A stretch of 64,000 bases of DNA, from assembly GCF_009914755.1 (NCBI RefSeq), contig NC_060937.1; one strand, written 5' to 3'. Positions within the stretch are counted from its first letter, which is position 1, and each line of letters opens with the position of its first letter. The DNA is from the human T2T-CHM13v2.0 reference genome, Homo sapiens. Shown here in pieces: positions 29,493-44,213 of the stretch. The position numbers and the translations under genes were made by a program. The notes below the pieces were generated by a model. That model was not told where the DNA came from. It did not search any database and worked only from the letters and a program-made list of their open reading frames with translations.

Positions 29493-30228
29493 ATGGTAGT
29501 ACAATAATTTGAGAAAAGCAATTTCTTTTTAGATAGAAAAATACTTCTAGAACCAGGAAATAGTAGTTAAATTATTACTACTGCATGAAGTTAAACTTGG
29601 AGAGGACTATCTTTTTCAGATTAAAACTACTTTAAAAATGCAATAAAATCCTCTTGTATCAAATTATAAGAAGATAAGTGGCAATAATCAAGAATTATTA
29701 TGGCCCATTTTCTCTGCAGAACTTCTGGAAACTAATTAAATTTGTAAGATAAGGGGGTGTATAAAATTGCAGAATTAAAGACATTCAAAAGGAATATGCC
29801 GTGAAGTGCCAGGTTTGGAGAATTTGTAATATAGGATTGTGAAGGGGAAAAAAAGAAACAATTTTCACTAACAATGAAACCATAAGAATTCCAGGAGCAT
29901 TTTGTAAAAGAGGAAATGAACATGCAAATTGCATGAATGCAGGATTTAAGATTTCATAGGCAGTGCTAGAGTTTTTAAACTTCCGTCTTCCTTTCCTACT
30001 TGGCAGGCTCACTTTGCTACCTAAAATTCTGCCTTCAGGAAGACATTAAATCAGCAAACCTAATTACACTGAGGCATGTGGCCGGAAATATTTGTTTTCA
30101 TCTCATAAATTCAAATCTTTGTAAACGATTTGCTAGAACATACTTTTTATTTTGCTTGCATCCAAGTTTTCCTACACATACAAAAATCTGAGCATCAAAA
30201 AGAAACATTCTTGGAAGCTATGACTTCC

Positions 30229-30561
30229 ACGGGTTCCGTAAATTGAAATCTATGGGCCAAATCTTTTTGTACAGCCCTTGAGCTAAGAATGGTTTTTACA
30301 TTTTAAAATGGTTGGAAAAAAAAAAAAAAACTCAAGCGAAGAATCACATTTTGTGTCAGGTAAAAATGGTAGGAAATTCAAATTTCAGTGCCCATGAATA
30401 AAGTCTTAGGAACACAGCCATGCTCGCTTGTTTACATAACGTCTATGGCAGCTTTCCAGATACAAAGACAGAGTTGAGTAGTTGCAACAGAGATCATATG
30501 GTTCACAAAGCCTAAAATATTTACTCTCTGACCCTTTTCAGAAAACGTTTGCTGACCGCTG
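30229..30561 (+). mobile_element. MER58B-like hAT-Charlie MITE
   Basis: 'gagctaagaatggtttttacattt...cagagttgagtagttgcaacagaga...aaagcctaaaatatttact...gtttgctgacc'. Confidence 0.8.
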
Positions 30562-31609
30562 ACTTAAGCCATAACTTAAGTTGCTCTAACATGAAATCTG
30601 CAAGTTCCTTTACATCATGCCCTAGAAGACACTGTTCTGAGATCACCAGTGCAGTTCTTTACTCCTTCTCTACCTAACAGTCTTCTGAACACAGGGCAGG
30701 TACCTCATGAATGTGTCATTCATGATGCCAATAATTTTAGAAATAAGTACAACACACATAGCCATCTTTCAGTAGAAAAAGAATATTCCTGTATATGTCA
30801 ATAAATCTCTACTCTGTTTGATCAATGAGCCAGGCTGGGCATGCGTTGGCCATTTGTATTTATAGGACCAGTCAGTCCAAAGGACCGGCTCCACTGATTC
30901 TTTGACTCGAATTTAACTGAATTAACACGAGCATCTGGAGCTTTTGTACTGCGTGCATGTGCCCTAATTCCATCTGATAGTGCCATGCTCTTTGTTAGCC
31001 AGATGTTATTCACTTGGTTGTAAGCGATGTTTCCACATTTAAAAATATTTACTTTTTTAAGGATCTCAGTTTACCAGTTGCTGTGCAAAGGACAGAAAGA
31101 GAAAATTCTTGCTCAGGGAAACCTTGAAATGTCCTCCCACAAAGAAAAGATCATTAGAAAGCAGCTAAAGAATGGTTAAGAAACCACATTGCTCCTCTCC
31201 TCTTTTAGGAAGACTGACTGGAAGCCACTGAGAATCAACTATGCTTAATCCCTCTGCATCCAGACCCCTTCCACTCTTAGGGGTGGAGTAGAGCACTTGT
31301 ATTCCCTCACTCTCTCTCTCTCTCTCAGCCGTTTTGTTTTGTGCTGTGCCCAATCTTAGAAATACTGTTCAGAGCCATATACAAATAAAAACAAGAACAA
31401 TAAGAGACTGTAAGGGATCTGAACTTCTCATTCCAAAGAGAGGAGGGCCACAGGGAGAGTTCCTAGACATTTGAAACAAGATGTCAGGAGATCAGGAAAT
31501 GCTGAGGAAAAACAGAAAGCTCAAGGTAAAGAGACAAACAAAACAAACACATGAAACAAGAAACATGAAAAAACTTTTTTGAAAATACAATTCATTTGAA
31601 AATGGAAAT

Positions 31610-33890
31610 GGGTTGCCACCCATTAGGGTGGCCATTATTAACAAATAAACAGAAAATGGAAAATAACAAGCGTTGGCAAGGATGTGGGGAAACTGGAACT
31701 CTTGTGAAATTCTTGTGGGAATAAAAAATGATGCAGCCACTGTGGAAAACAGCATGCTGATTTCTCACAAAAAATTAAGTGTGGAATTCCCATACAATCC
31801 AGCAATTCCACTTCTGGGTATATGCCCAAAAGAACTGAAAGCAATATCTTGAATAGATATTTCTGCACCCATGTTAATAGTAGCACTACATACAATAGCT
31901 AAAAAGTAGAAACAATCCAAATATTCATTGATGGATGAATGGATAAACAAAATATGACATAACCATAAAAGAGATTATTCAGCCTTAAAAAGAATGAAAA
32001 TTCTGGCCTCTCCCTCTCCCTCTCCCTCTCCCCCTCCCCCTCCCCCTCTCCCTCTCCCTCTTTGCACGGTCTCCCTCTGATGCTGAGCGGAGGCTGGACT
32101 GTACTGCCGCCATCTCGACTCACTGCAACCTCCCTGCCTGATTCTCCTGCCTCAGCCTGCCGAGTGCCTGGGATTGCAGGCGCGCACCGCCACGCCTGAC
32201 TGGTTTTCGTATTTTTTGGTGGAGACGGGGTTTCGCCATGTTGGCCGGGCTGGTCTCCAGCTCCTGACCGCGAGTGATCTGCCAGCCTCGGCCTCCTGAG
32301 GTGCCGGGATTGCAGACGGAGTCTCGCTCACTCAGTGCTCAATGTTGCCCAGGCTGGAGTGCAGTGGCGTGATCTCCGCTCGCTACAACCTCCACCTCCC
32401 AGCCGCCTGCCTTGGCCTCCCAAAGTGCCGAGATTGCAGCCTCTGCCCGGCCGCCACCCCGTCTAGGAAGTGAGGAGCGTCTCTGCCTGGCCGCCCATCG
32501 TCTGGGATGTGAGGAGCCCTTCTGCCCGGCTGCCCAGTCTGGGAAGTGAGGAGCGCCTCTTCCTGGCCGTCATCCCGTCTAGGAAGTGAGGAGCGTCTCT
32601 GCCCGGCCGCCCATCGTCTGGGATGTGGGGAGCACCTCTGCCTCGCCGCCCCATCTGAGATGTGAAGAGCGCCTCTGCCCGGCCGCCACCCCGACTGGGA
32701 GGTGAGGAGCGTCTCTGACTGGCGGCCCCGTCTGAGAACTGAGGAGCCCCTCTGCCCGGCCGCCGCCCCGTCTGGGAGGTGGGGGGCGCCTCTGCCCGGC
32801 CGCCCCGTCTGGGAAGTGAGGAGCCCCTCTGCCCGGCCGCCACCCCATCTGGGAGGTGTACCCAACAGCTCATTGAGAACAGGCCATGATGACGATGGCG
32901 GTTTTGTCAAATAGAAAAGGGGGAAATGTGGGGAAAAGAAAGAGAGATCAGATTGTTACTGTGTCTGTGTAGAAAGAAGTAGACATAGGAGACTCCATTT
33001 TGTTCTGTACTAAGAAAAATTCTTCTGCCTTGGGATGCTGTTAATCTATAACCTTACCCTCAACCCCGTGCTCTCTGAAACATGTGCTGTGTCCACTAAG
33101 GGTTAAATGGATTAAGGGTGGTGCAAGATGTGCTTTGTTAAACAGATGCTTGAAGGCAGCATACTCGTTAAGAGTCATCACCACTCCCTAATCTCAAGTA
33201 CCCAGGGACACAAACACTGCGGAAGGCGGCAGGGCCCTCTGCCTAGGAAAAACCAGAGACCTTTGTTCACATGTTTATCTGCTGACCTTCCCTCCATTAT
33301 TGTCCTATGACCCTGCCAAATCCCCCTCTCCGAGAAACACCCAAGAATGATCAATAAATACTAAAAAAAATTTAAAAAAAAAAGTAAAAAATAAAAATAC
33401 AAAAGTTAGCTGGGCAGTGGTACATTGCTGTGGTCCCAGCTACTCAGGAGGCTGAGGCAGGAGAATCACTTGAATCTGGGAGACGGAGGCTGCAGTGACC
33501 AGGATCACGCCACTGCATTCCAGCCTGGATGACAGAGCAAGACTCCGTCTCAAAAATAAATAAAGTAAAAATAAAATTTAAAAAAAAAAATGAATGAAAA
33601 TTCTGACACATGCTACAAGATGGATGAATCCTGATGTCATTATGCTAAGTGAAATGAGTCCATCACAAAAGACAAATATTGTATGATTTCACTTATATGA
33701 GGTACCTAGAATAGTGAAATTCATAGAGACAAGAGGTGGAATTACGGTTGCCAGGGGCTGGAGTGAGGAGGAATAGAGAGATAGTGTTTAATGAGTCTGC
33801 AGCTTCAGTTGAAGAAGATGAAAAAGTTCTGGAGATGGATGATGGTGGTGGTTGCACAACATTGTGGACATACTTAATGCCGCAAAACTC
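31610..33890 (+). mobile_element. L1MB-type 3' fragment interrupted by the SVA
   Basis: 'ccagcaattccacttctgggtatatgcccaaaagaactgaaagca' before the SVA and 'acacatgctacaagatggatgaa...gttgcacaac' after it; contiguous once the SVA is removed. Confidence 0.85.
32006..33591 (+). mobile_element. Full-length SVA retrotransposon (older, SVA_B-like) with 3' transduction; antisense to DCLK1
   Basis: (CCCTCT)n hexamer, antisense Alu-like domain, GC-rich VNTR (~32440-32860), SINE-R ending 'gaatgatcaataaatact' at 33362, A-rich tract, then an Alu right arm; TSD gaatgaaaattctg at 31992-32005 and 33592-33605. Confidence 0.96.
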
Positions 33891-34719
33891 AACACAGCAT
33901 GAGCAACAGCGGTGACCAGTGAGGGTCACCTGTTTGGGCTTTGGGCTCTCTACAGAGCACCTTCATCTGACACTTCCTCCAGCAGAATTCCCCTTAGCTT
34001 CCTTTTCCTGAACATCAGATGAAGTTGCTCCTACTTGCAATTACTACTGTCTACAAGTCTACGGCAGAAAGTCAAATTAGCACTAACAGCTTGCACACTG
34101 ACAATACAACAATAGCATTATATTATAGCCCACCTGACTGTTGATCTATTGGAATTTCTCTGAAATTCAATTACAAGGGGCAGCTGCAATTATTCTCTCA
34201 CAAAGGAGGGCTGCGAGATTGGGTACTGACACACCAAGTTTCTGATTTACAAGTAATTCTCTCAGCAGATCATAGATTCTCAGGCTTACTTTCTAAGAGA
34301 AAAAAAAAATGAAAGAACAAAACAAGAAGAAAAAACCTTACCCAGTCCTAGCATAGAGGACATTTCTACAAACAATGGCCTTTGAGCACAAACTGAAGAA
34401 AGAGTTTTTCTCAGGACTGTACCGACCTCCCAACCCATGGCATTCTCCCAAATACGTCCTAACCAATCAGCCAACCAACAAGGAAACAAAATGCTCATCT
34501 ACAGTTCAAAACGAAGCACAACCTCTCCAGCAAATTTCCCTGGGTCTGGTGTAAAATGCTACATGTTAAAAGAAGATAAAAATCAGGGCAATTACCACCA
34601 TATGTAACAAGGGTACAGTGTCTCAGGGAATTTTCACTTCTCCTGCAACTATAATGAGCATAGTTTTTGAACCAACAGTTAGGACATATAATGTGAGTGT
34701 CTGAAGTCCTGACTCCACT

Positions 34720-35145
34720 GGTATGTAATGGGTTGAATGGTGGCTGCCACAAAGATACATCCAAGTCCTAACCCCCAGTACCTGCAGATGTGACCTTATT
34801 TGGAAAAAGTTAAGGATCTTGAGGTAAGATCATCCTAGATTAATAGGTTGGCCCTAAATCCAGTGACAAATGTCCTTATAAGAGACAGAAGAGAAGATAG
34901 AGAGGAGAAAGCCATGTGAACATGGAGGTAGAGATTGAAGTGAGGTAGCCACAAGCCAAGGATACTTGGAGCCACCAGAAGCTGGAAGAGACAAGGAAGA
35001 ATTCTCCTCTAGGGCCTTGGGAGGAAACACAACTCTACTGACACCTTGATTATGAACTTCTGGCCTCAAGAACTGGGAGATAATACATTTCTGTTGTTTT
35101 AAGCCAAGTTTGTGATACTTTATTAAGGCAGCCCTGGGAAACTTG
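34720..35145 (+). mobile_element. MLT1-type MaLR solo LTR
   Basis: 'gggttgaatggtggctgccacaaagatacatccaagtccta...ggcagccctgggaaact'. Confidence 0.83.
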
Positions 35146-35274
35146 TCCAGTGTGCTCACAAGAGATGGCATGTTTCCCTATCAGGGTTCCTCTTTCCCTA
35201 AGAAACGCTGGCCCTCCACCCAACACACACTGACTCAGTTGTCAAAGGGGCAAAATCAGTGGTGACTTGGTTGT

Positions 35275-35612
35275 TTGCTATGAGATAAATGCTTGTGTTC
35301 CCCCTAGAATGTGTATGTTGAATCCTAACCCCCGATGTAATAGTATTGAGAAGTGGCACCTTTGGGATGTGATTAGGCATGACAGTGAAGCCCTCATGAA
35401 TGGGATTAGTGACCTTATAAAAGAGGCCCCAGAAGGCTGCCTTTCCCCTTCCACAGCAAGAAGATACTACCTGTGATCCAGGAAATGATTCCTCACCAAG
35501 ATATCTTGATCTTGGACTTCCCAGCCTCCAGAACTGTGAGAAATAAATTTCTGTTTTTTATAAGCCACTCAGTCTATGGTATTTTGTTATAGCAGCCAAA
35601 TGATCTATGACA
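35275..35612 (+). mobile_element. MLT1A-type MaLR solo LTR
   Basis: 'tgcttgtgttccccctagaat...ccctcatgaatgggattagtg...ttttgttatagcagcc'. Confidence 0.8.
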
Positions 35613-35935
35613 TTGTTTGAGGTCTCTCTCACAATCTAAAGGTCTCTTTCTCCTTTCTATTAAGGGACCGAGACCCTCACACTTTTTCTTTTCAAAGCTG
35701 CCTAGCTTTCCTAGGTTTTGCTAATCTTCCTAACAATTAAAGAATTGTTTTCCATTCGTGGCTCCATCCAGAAATTAGTTGTGAAAAGCAATATCAGAAG
35801 TGCCACTTCCCCACATTTGAGACCATTCACTTTGCTTTAATGTATCAGGCCTAATGATATTAGCATTTTTTGAATGGTAGGATTTTTCTAGCCAATCCCG
35901 CTTCTGATATTTTGCCAAAAGAATAAAAATGGTTA

Positions 35936-36337
35936 ATCCTACTGTTTGAATGTTTGTCCCCTCCAAAACTCATGTTGAAATTTAATCACCAATGTATCAA
36001 TATTGGGAGGTGGGGCCTCTAAGAGGTGATTAGGCCGTGATGGTTCAACCCTCATGGGTGTGTTTAATGCATTCATAAAAGGACTATTGGCGGTGGGCTC
36101 TCTTTCTCGGCTCTTTGCTCTTCTGCCATGTGAAGAATAGTGTTCCTCCTTCTGGAGGATGCAGCCTTTAAGGTGCCATCTTGGGAGTGGAAACTGGACC
36201 CTTACCAGACACCTAACCTGCAGGCACCTTGATCTTGGACTTCTCAACCTCCAGAACTATGATACACAAATTTCTATTCTTTATAAATTACTCAGCCTTG
36301 GGTATTCTGTTATAGCAGCATAAAATGAACTAAGACA
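35936..36337 (+). mobile_element. MST-type MaLR solo LTR
   Basis: 'tttgaatgtttgtcccctccaaaactcatgttgaaatttaat...tgaactaagaca'. Confidence 0.83.
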
Positions 36338-36999
36338 ATTAATTTCACAGATATCTTGTGGGGAGAATTGGTGAGGTCAAAAGCAGAAAGAGTAGCCTCA
36401 TTTCAGTGCCCTAAATGTTAATCACCAGCCTCAGTTAGCACACGGGGCAGTGGCAGAACAGAGATGAGACTGGGCTACCTATGAACAGCCAGGGCCATGG
36501 AAGCAGCAAAGGGCTCATGGAGTAACAGAGAAACAAGCTACAAATTTGTTAGGGTAACATACTTGACAGGCAAGAGCAGATGCCCCAGGAATACACTCAG
36601 TTCTGTTAAAAAGAAAAGTGAGTTAAACCCAGCTCTTTAGCACTGTATAGCTCAAACAACCAACTGAAGTTATAAGATTTCCACTCTTCCACAAGTGACT
36701 GTGCTATGTCAGGGTAGTCTGTTATCAGGATACCATTTTCTTGAATAATTTTTGCCAATGAAGTAGGCAGAGAATGATTGATTGGCTTCAATGTAACTGA
36801 AGCACTGAAAAAGAAGAAAAGAATTAAAAGGGCTTTCTCTGGACCCCGCACAAGAGCTCTGCCATTTGGAACAACACATGCATGCTAGTTCCCATTTTAG
36901 GTTGAAGGACATGACACCGAAGCTAAGACTTAGAGCTTGATGACACTCCCCTGAGAAATGATGAGATACAAGAAGACAGGAAGATGCGTGCTTTCATCA

Positions 37000-37311
<312 letters not shown>

Positions 37312-39699
37312 TTCCATAGTAAAGGCACTCTCCCTGTTAATGCTGGGCCCTGGAGCTGCTAACGCACCTCTGGGATGAAATCCCATCCCTGGACCTCGGT
37401 TGTTTTTATTGTTGTTGTTGTTTGCACAAGGACAGGGAGCAAGTTACAAATAATTCCTGTCTTCTACCAGCTAATAATCCTATCTTGGACTTCCTTTCTA
37501 CGTCTAGACTAAATCCTTCCAATTCTTCATTAACTGCACTCCCAGGAGCTTCTCCTTTTCCAACTGCTGACTTAAAATTCACACTCATTGATTGGTGACC
37601 ACAGACTTGGATACCTATCCTTGTCCCACAGCTCAACCATTTCCGTGGCTCAGCACCAGCATACCTCCAACTGGTCCTATCTACCACCTAGACATTTCTC
37701 TCCTCCTCCTTCCTCTGAGGTCCTTTCTGTGGCTCTCAAACATCTTTCAGCAAGTTCTTTCCTCATGTAGATTCTTAATCAACCATTTGACAGGTAGCCT
37801 TTATTTTTTTTTTAAGATGGGGTGTCGCTATGCAATCATAGCTCACTGCAGCTTTGACCTCTTGGGCTCAAGCAATCCTCCTGCCTCAGCCTTGACATGA
37901 GATCTTGACTGCTTACTAAGTGCTCAGCTCATGTGTGTGTAGAGAAAGAGACATACAAACAGAGAAGCTCACTACCTCAGAGCTACACACATAGTATCCA
38001 ATAACTATTTGCTTATCAATTTATGATAAATATTTAAGATGGGGAGTCTGATTACAAACATTCCTGAAAGCTCCGGAGGTATTCTGCATTGATATGTGGA
38101 GTCAACAGAGGTTGCCACACAGAGAGAAGTGACAAGGAGCAAGTGGCATGTTAGAGAGGTAGCAAGGAGATGGGGTGGGGGGCAGCACTGAGACAGAGTG
38201 GGAAGGAAGCATGATGAATACTGCAGTGAGGTGGACTCAAAAGATGGCTAGAGTGGAAAAACAAAGGACCTTTGAACCTAATTTGATGTAAGAAATGAGG
38301 AAAAGGGAGGCCCCATCCCATAGACCATCATGGCTCAAGCACACCCTGTATCCTGTATCCTGATGACACGCAGCCTCCTGGTGCAGTCCTGACCTTTCTC
38401 TCTCATCTCCTCTGTCCACTGCATCTCACCAGTCACAAAACTCCCAGTCCTCATGCTGTACAAATGCATTATTATTATTCCCACATCCCCATGCCTGCTC
38501 TTCCTCCTGTCCTTTGCTGACATCACTAATAACCCACTTGCCTGAGTCAGCACCCAGTACATTCTGGGGCCCACAGCAGAGGAGCTTCCACGAAGACAGA
38601 GAAAGAAAGATGGAGAAAGGAATGAGGATGGCAGGTGAGGGTGGGGCTAAGGGAGGAGAGGCAGAAGGAGGGGAGGTGGTCCATTAGATAAAGAACACAC
38701 TGCGTTCTCCAGGTCACTTAGTGGGGGTCCAGTGGAACCCCCATGAAATCCTTTCAATGGCGAGGCACATGCAGAGGTCAGTGAGCTGAGGAGCAAAGGG
38801 GAGGAAAGAAAATACCACCCACTTGGAGGATCCCAGGCCTCCTGCTTATAGGCTTTTGCCCCTCCTGGGAAGACCTCCCCTTGCTCATGGCCCATCTAAT
38901 TTTCAGGACTCAGAGCAGGGCCCTCTTCTGGGAAGCTCTCCCCTGCACCTCGCACCTCGGTCTATGCCTTGATTGGGCCAGATGTGCCTAAGTCCTCCTA
39001 TAGGGCCCACTGGGCTCCTCTCTAACAAGGCATGCCACACACCTCATTATATTACAATGATCTGTTTTCTTCTCTGGTCTTGGGACTATGAATACACATC
39101 TTTAGATTCCAAATGCCTAGCCCAGTGCTGGCAAAAAGAAGGTGCTCAACAAATGAATGAATAAATGAATGAATGACAAAAAGAAGAGAACAGAATGTAG
39201 GCTTTTCCTTCAAAAGCTCCAATGAGAAAAGGCAAAAAAGAGAGAGCTCAGCTGCTGGAAGGACAGGCAGGGTCAAGGAACGGGGAACCTGATCCTGCAG
39301 ACAGGTTAAGGATGGAGAAGATGGCAGAAAACTGAAGATGTGAGGAAGAGGGAGCAGGGGCTGGCTCATGGTCCTGGAGGAGGTCAGAGCACAGAGGAGT
39401 GAGGATGAACCTGGAGCAGGGACAGAGAAACCCCCCTTTCTGAGACTGGCAGGAAAGGGATGATGTCAGTGAGGTTTGGGGCAAAGGAGAGGGAAGAACA
39501 TTCTGTAAGTTGAATAAGTTTATGCCCTGGTACCTCATTTTTCTGCAAAAAAATACAGGAGGAAGGGTCATTTACTAAGTAGCAAATAGACATATAAAAA
39601 TAGAAATAGAAAATAAAACAAATAAAACAAAATGACAAAAGTTTAGAATAACTGCCCAGGAAAAAGTAACTAACATTCGTTGAGCATTTGTTATTTGCT

Positions 39700-40450
39700 A
39701 GAGATCACAGGCCTAATTGAGCCCCCCTCAGATTCATGTGTTGAATTCCTAACCCCGAGTACTTGAGAATGTGACTGCATTTGAAGAGAGGACCTTGACA
39801 CAGATGATTACTTTAAAATGAGGTCAGTGGGGTGGGATGTAATCTGATCTTGCTACCGTCCTTACACAAAGAGGGAATTTGGTCACAGACAGATGCAGAG
39901 GGAAGACCGTGTAAGGACACAAGGGGAGGGTGTCCCACCTGCAAGCCTAGGAGAGAGGCTGATATGATTTAGCTCTATGTCCCCACCCAAGTCTCATGTC
40001 GAATTGTAATCCCCAATTTTGGAGGAGGGACATGGTGAGGTAATTGGATCTTGGGGGCGGATATCCCCCTTGCTGTTCTCGTGATAGTGAGTTCTCATGA
40101 GATCTGGTTGTTTGAAAGTGTGTAACGCTTCCCCTCTTGCTCTCTCTCTCCTGCTGGCCATGTAAAGTGTACCTGCTTCCCTTTCACCTTCTGCCATGGT
40201 TGTAAGTTTTCTGAGACCTCCCCAGAAGCAGAAGCTTGTACAGCTCACAGAATCATGAGCCAACTAAACCTCTTCATAAATTACCCAGTCTCAGGTATGT
40301 CTTTATAGAAGTGTAAGAACAAACTAATATAGAGGCCTCAGATGGAACCAACCCTGCCAACACCTTGATCTCAGACTTCTGACCTCTAGCCCTGTAAGAA
40401 AATAAATATTTGTTGTTTAAGCCACCCAGTATGTGGTACTTTGTTATGGA
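39700..40450 (+). mobile_element. MLT1 LTR with a nested MST-type solo LTR (39960-40331)
   Basis: Inner LTR runs tgatatg...ctaatata, flanked by a 5-bp TSD gaggc (39955-39959 and 40332-40336); the MLT1 text resumes afterwards. Confidence 0.87.
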
Positions 40451-42013
40451 GGCCCTAGAAAATGAACATACCAGGAATGGTGCTAAGAACTTCAGCTCAA
40501 TGATCTCATTTCAGTCAACAGCCCTTTGAGGCAGGTGCCATTTCCATGCTTAGTGTGCTGTGAAAAAAGTGAGGGCAGAGCTTGTGTAAGGTCCCCAAGG
40601 GCACAACACCTGTGCACAACTGTAAACACTACATGACCAAAGACTAGGTCAGGTCTTACACCAATCCATCCATGCTGCAGAAACAGCACCACTGAGCTGC
40701 CTAGATCCAGGAGCAGGAGGGCAGGTGCAGCCTGTGGTGTGGGCGAGGCAGAGGACACAGTGTGAGGGACCAGTAGGCTTGGGCAGGAAAAAACACTTAT
40801 GACCTGTTCTGGAGAACCAGAGATGAGTCTCACCTTTGCCACTGAAAAGAAGAAAAGGGGGTCTGACCTGCATCAGGCTGGAGACCTCATTTCATGGCAC
40901 CATCTAGCTGGTCACGGTGCCAACCTGGGGTGCCAGAAACACAAGGGCAACAAGGTGCAGGGAGGCGACACTGAGGGTCCACTCCCTGTTCCTGGACAAG
41001 TCCCCACCACACAGCCCACGAAGGACGCTATCCTCTTCCACCAGCTCCAAGGTGAGATCAAGGGGCTGGAGGCCACCCCACCCCCACCCCACTTGCTACC
41101 AGAGTTCTGGCAGCATGACTTTGTATAAAACGGCTCAGAAACTGGAGACAAAAGGAGGAGGCACGACTGTGCCCTGAGCACGGGGATGAGTTTTCCCTAG
41201 GAAATCTTGGGTTGGGGCATCATACAGATCTGCTCAGGCTTCCTCCCTTGATTCCTTCATGGCTCTGCCCTAACTCACCTGAAATCACCAGAAGGATCTC
41301 CTACCAGTGGAAACCTGATGTCTAATGACATCTGGGCCACGCTCCCTTGCCTTTTGTGTGCCAACTCAACAGGGTAGGGAGCCCTATCCACTCTGAAAGT
41401 GGCCATCTACTCGTGATTTGAAAACTTCCACAATGCACTACCAGCTGCAAAGCCAAAGCAAGCCTCCCTGTAATGTGTCAGGGGACCACATCCTCCGACC
41501 TATTTCCTCAATGGCAGTGGCCTCTGTGGCTTATCACTGGGCCACTAAGCAATGACACAGAGGGGAGCCAGTCCTCTAGGGAACTCCTCTAGTCTCCCAC
41601 AGCATCAATTGTTTAGCAGATTGAGCTCACTGTTTTCCTCGGGGTTCCAAGCCAGCCCCAAAGGATGACATGCGGGTAGGGTTCTTTTTCAAAGCATTGT
41701 AGGGTGGGTTTGGAGGCAGGTTGGGAGGAGAAAGGAGGTCAGTCCTGACCAGTTCTGATCAGTCCAGGAAGGGCGTGGGCAAGTAAGGAAGGACAGCACA
41801 GGCACGTGATGCTACAGAGAGAGAGGTGACTTTGGAGCAGCTGCAGCCCAGATGGAAGCTCCTGGCCACACTGCCACCTCAGCATCTTGCCAAGGCTGGC
41901 ACAGTGCTCACCGTCTCCTCCCTAACAGCCTCAGCAACACTTCTGGGCAGGGATGTTGGTGAACCCTTAGCAGATGATGCTTAAGCCTGTGAACTCGAGG
42001 CAGAATTCTGTGA

Positions 42014-42364
<351 letters not shown>

Positions 42365-43676
42365 TTCTCCGAGGTTTTAAGTGAGGCATGCCTGGCTGGA
42401 CGCTGCACTAAGTTACACTTTCAGTCACACAAATGAACAGACCACGGCATTAACAATCATCAGCACAGTGTCCTCAAAGAATTAACAAAGCCTCAGGAAG
42501 GATATAGAGAGCTTAAGCCTTAGTGGAATCTGGATTATATTATTTAAGGAATTAAATCAGAAATAATTCAAAAAGCTTCATTTGTGAAACTTGCATCCAC
42601 TCCAGATGTTAAGAAATGACAAAAATAAAATGCTGTATTTTTCGTGTATGTGTGTGTGTATATATATACAGAGAGAGAAAGATAAATTCAAATTTTATCA
42701 ACTGTTCCAAATATATAAGTTACTTCATGCATATCAGGAAGCTGAATACAGAACTATGAGCCTCATAAATGCCAGCTGATTATGTTCCCAACTCAGAGTG
42801 TCTGGGCAGATTGGGCAAGTTTTCCCCCTGAGCAATCTGCTGTCTGCATTTCTGCGCTCCTTCCTTGGGGTGGGCAGGAGGGAAGGGTATGTCAGCCACT
42901 CCCAGCTCACCCCAAATAAGTGGCCTGAGGGCAAGCAAAGGATTGGTGAGTCCAAGGACTCTTTCTGAGGAGGTATATTTTGGTGAATGACTATCACGAA
43001 GCCCTTTTGACTTAAGCACATGGTTCTCCATTGCCCCAATATTAGGTATTTGCTAATTAAAGTACAGAAATGCACACATTTAATACTGGTCATCAGGTGT
43101 ATTCTGATGGGTCTAATGGGCTATTTTTTTTTTAATTCCACACAATACCTTGAATAATGAATGAGGAAATTACCTACAAGACCAGATCACAGCCAGAGAT
43201 GAATGTTGGCAGTGACATGAAGAAGGCTGAGAACAAATGATTAGGTTTAGAAAATCCCAGCTCATCAACTCTGGTCTGCTCTTCAGTACCTAAGAATGGT
43301 GTCATACACCCAAGAACAGCTCCATGTTCAAGCACTAACTCCAGGCCCAGATGTTGTCTCGGTGGCATAGCAAATAATGGAAAGTTGTTCATTTCTTTCC
43401 CCATGAAGAAAGTCAAGGTTCGGAAGCCATCATAAGTTAATAGGACTAACGTTCTCTACACAGTGGGCACAATTACATTGTCAACAAGAGCTCTGTGAGT
43501 ATTCAAATGTCAGCTTTCTTTACAGACTGGGTAGATAATAAGCAGAATGTCATTGTCCCTGAAAGAAATATTAAGGAAGTATTACTAACGATCCATTATA
43601 AATTGGTGTCAATTTCAAATATGTCACTGTGTTGACAGGATATAAATAATACATGAAGAAAACACTTGCACATTAA

Positions 43677-44213
<537 letters not shown>

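Noticed and set aside
30822-31013. 63-aa sense-strand ORF in unique sequence
   Set aside because: No similarity to DCLK1 or any protein I recognise; no convincing splice sites.
32383-32914. ORFs of 70-175 aa
   Set aside because: Products of the GC-rich SVA VNTR.
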